Assembly: GCF_964204645.1 (NCBI RefSeq)
Contig: NC_134025.1
Span: 6,076,001-6,140,000 of the forward strand
Direction: 5' to 3'
DNA: 64,000 nucleotides
Source of the DNA: Tubulanus polymorphus
Taxonomy: Eukaryota > Animalia > Nemertea
Within the stretch, counting starts at the first letter, position 1. The number at the start of each line of letters is the position of its first letter. Shown in pieces: positions 61,367 through 64,000 of this stretch. The notes beneath the pieces are model-generated. The model did no database searches. It saw only the letters and a list, made by a program, of their open reading frames with translations, and was not told the origin of the DNA. The translations under genes and the position numbers were made by a program.

Positions 61367-64000
61367 ATGAGAGAAACAAACTTAGATGATGAGGATAGGT
61401 CGACGAAGGAGATTGGAAGGTGTGACAAAATTGCCCTAGCAAGCGAAGTGGACCGGGGGCTGTACACGAGATGTGAAGTAACAGAATCTACGCCACTTTT
61501 AGAAAAGTCAAAACATAAAAATGATTCATGGTGCGCAAAAGACAGGTACATATACAGGAACAGATTAAACAGCGTCAATAATGGCGTTAATACAACGAGC
61601 ACACCGTTATTTTCATGTATTCACATTTCTTGAATAGGTATTACATAGTGTTCATTGTATGCATGATGCAAGGTCTCGGCATTTTGTTACCTTGGAATCT
61701 CTTCATGACGGCTAAGGAGGTTGTATGCAAGATTCAAATTGTAGCATATAATATGCCCAATATCATCTTCGTATGATAAAGATGCTTATCCATTGTTCTT
61801 TCTAATTTCAGTACTTCATCGACTATAAACTGTATCCGGCTGGTGATGTTGATTATCGTAGAAATTTTCTTACATATGCCGGAATATCTTCGCAGATACC
61901 AAACACATGTTTGAACATTTTCAACTTGTTTTATCAAGGTAATGGAAAGTAAGTAAATATATACAGACTTTTAAGGTGAAAGATAAAAACTCTGCAACGC
62001 CCCCAAGTGTCAGAGCCTGACATTAAGACCACCTCAATAACCAAAATGATATTTTCCATGGGTGGACGACAAAGTTCCCGACATTATGTGTATACAGAAT
62101 AATCGAAATTCATTAAATTTTCAGGACGAAACCTTCTATCCGGATTGTGGTCAGTATGCTGGTTCTGAGCGGTTTGTTTGTATTGACAATAGCACTTGCT
62201 GTTATTGATACGTCACAAGGTACAGACGTTATCGCGTTATCAATATTCATTTCATTTATCGCTCTCTACTAAATCAATGATCGGAGATTCGTCTCTCTTG
62301 GTTCAAAGTTCGAAAGGGTCGAATTATAATGCTCGATTTTCGATATTTTTAGCTCCCGAATTATTTTTTGGCGTTACGTTGCTTCTCATCGTTTTTATGA
62401 ACAGTAAGTTTGGATGTCTTAACCATTTTTCCCTGAACCCAAGGAAATCTTGGAAAAGATCTTGTCATTCTCATTTTCAAGTGTGCACTGGTGTTTGGAG
62501 TAACTGTTTCTTTGGCATAGCAGCCCAATTTCCGGCAATTTACCTCAACAGTTGTATCACTGGAATGGTGAGTTCCCCATTTTCATTCCAGGTATATACT
62601 ATTTCCATGGCATTATTGGTCAGATAATCCTCTCTATCTTTTTAGAACGTATGTGGTGTCATAGTTTCCGTCCTTTCAATGACTTCCAAAACAGGTATAA
62701 AAATTCTTTTCCATCTCAGTCTTCCAAGAACAATCTTCATTTCAAAATCATTATTCTACAAATCTCACAACATTTTGTGAGATATTTAATGTTTACGTAC
62801 TTCATCAACGGTTTCGCGAATGCTTTTTTCTTTTGCTTTCCCGTCACGGTTTTTGACATGAGCGAAAAATTGAAACAGTTTTTAATTTGTAGGAAGTGAC
62901 CCTCGTTCGTCGGCTATAATATATTTCGTAGTGGCTCTATTGATATTGATAACGGCACTTGATTTGTTTATAGCCCTACCACTTACGGTAATAATGACGT
63001 TTGACCTAATGTCACAGGTCTACGGGTGGTGTTATAGGTGACACTGGGTTTTCATCTATATGTTTAAGATGCAACGGGTCTCGGACACAAATCAAAATAT
63101 AAATTCGATAATGATTTTCAAACTTTACGTTGAACAAACAGATTTAGATTTTATTTGTTGTTCGATCTGGAAGTAAGATGATATTTTGATTATTCTAGAG
63201 ATATTACCGGGTAAATTATGCAGAGGATAAACAGCAATTAGCGGAAAGTCAACTAGTGGAGGGTTTACCGTACATGAAAACATTTAAACAAGTAAGATTC
63301 TTAAGACTGCACGTTTCAACGGTGACGTTCAAGCAGAGCTATGGGTGGTTATTAGTTCACTGCGATTGTATTTTGAGAAATAAACAATTTTTATTACTGA
63401 AATTTTTGAAAGAAAATGTCCCCTAGAAATAAGTCCCCAACGCTTGTACTCCCCTTCATTGTAAATAGTTTAAGTTGATGCATAGTTTTCGCTTTCAGAT
63501 GTGGTTAGCGTTATTTGATGTTTGGTTCCATCGTTTTATTTCTATGACAATTTATCCGGCTATATTAGTTGACATAAAGAGAATGGACCCAGATTTCTTC
63601 ATTCCTGGTAAAAATAAACTCCGGCCTCTTCCTCGTACAACGATGCCAATGAATACTTCATAATATTTCCATTCTTACCGATTTCAACAATCCAAATCAC
63701 ACCTTGTTCGATTCGTGAAATAGGGTCATGCGAATAGACCAAGACTAATCTTATTTTCTAGATGAGTATTTTACGGATGTCATCGCTTATATGATACCGA
63801 ACGTATTAGCGGTGACGACAAACATGCTCAGCTATTCACGGTTTGCACAGGTAAAAATATAGTCACATTGAGATACCCCCTGCCCTCACAAAATAGCCAT
63901 AATACTTAAGAAAACATGTACGTATAAGGTCACACGACTAAAAGTGTATCTTCATTTTGTAGCCTCCGCCGAAGACAATAATATTGTTTCAAATGGCGAG
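61367..64000 (+). CDS. Equilibrative nucleoside transporter (SLC29/ENT family), 3'-truncated by the window. Exons 61367-61545, 61638-61719, 61812-61948, 62125-62219, 62353-62403, 62482-62567, 62646-62694, 62893-62987, 63199-63291, 63499-63607, 63762-63850, 63963->64000
   Basis: Spliced translation gives ESTPLL (dileucine-type signal), DRYYIVFIVCMMQGLGILLPWNLFMTAKEYFIDYKL (ENT TM1 signature), SQIPN, FFGVTLLLIVFMN, FFGIAAQFPAIY, ITGMNVCG, SAIIYF, ISMTIYPAI. All 11 introns are GT-AG with compatible phases. The exon-2 donor could alternatively lie 3 nt further downstream. Confidence 0.92.

Noticed and set aside
62196-62899. ORF-track proteins of 143 and 115 aa
   Set aside because: They are read-throughs across ENT exons and introns, not independent genes.

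Overview
AT-rich, intron-containing animal genomic DNA, most consistent with a non-vertebrate bilaterian (it has Msxlx, and CpG appears undepleted). Bases ~1-26,000 contain no gene I can recognise, only transposon debris and enhancer-like GC-richer patches. They are followed by six minus-strand genes: Nkx2.1 (2 exons), Msxlx (3 exons), an MS4A/CD20-like gene, ODF3/CIMAP1 (4 exons), an orphan 379-codon ORF and an intronless, divergent SLC18-like MFS transporter. A plus-strand, divergent equilibrative nucleoside transporter (SLC29, at least 12 coding exons, largely missed by the ORF track) runs off the window end. The most unusual structure is a perfect 114-bp-arm palindrome in Msxlx intron 2. 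It carries two outward-facing minimal hammerhead-ribozyme motifs of the Penelope-like type and is flanked by a 12-bp direct repeat. A degenerate second copy of the same element lies about 2.6 kb away. All exon structures were assembled by hand from splice consensus, reading phase and remembered family motifs; no searches were run.
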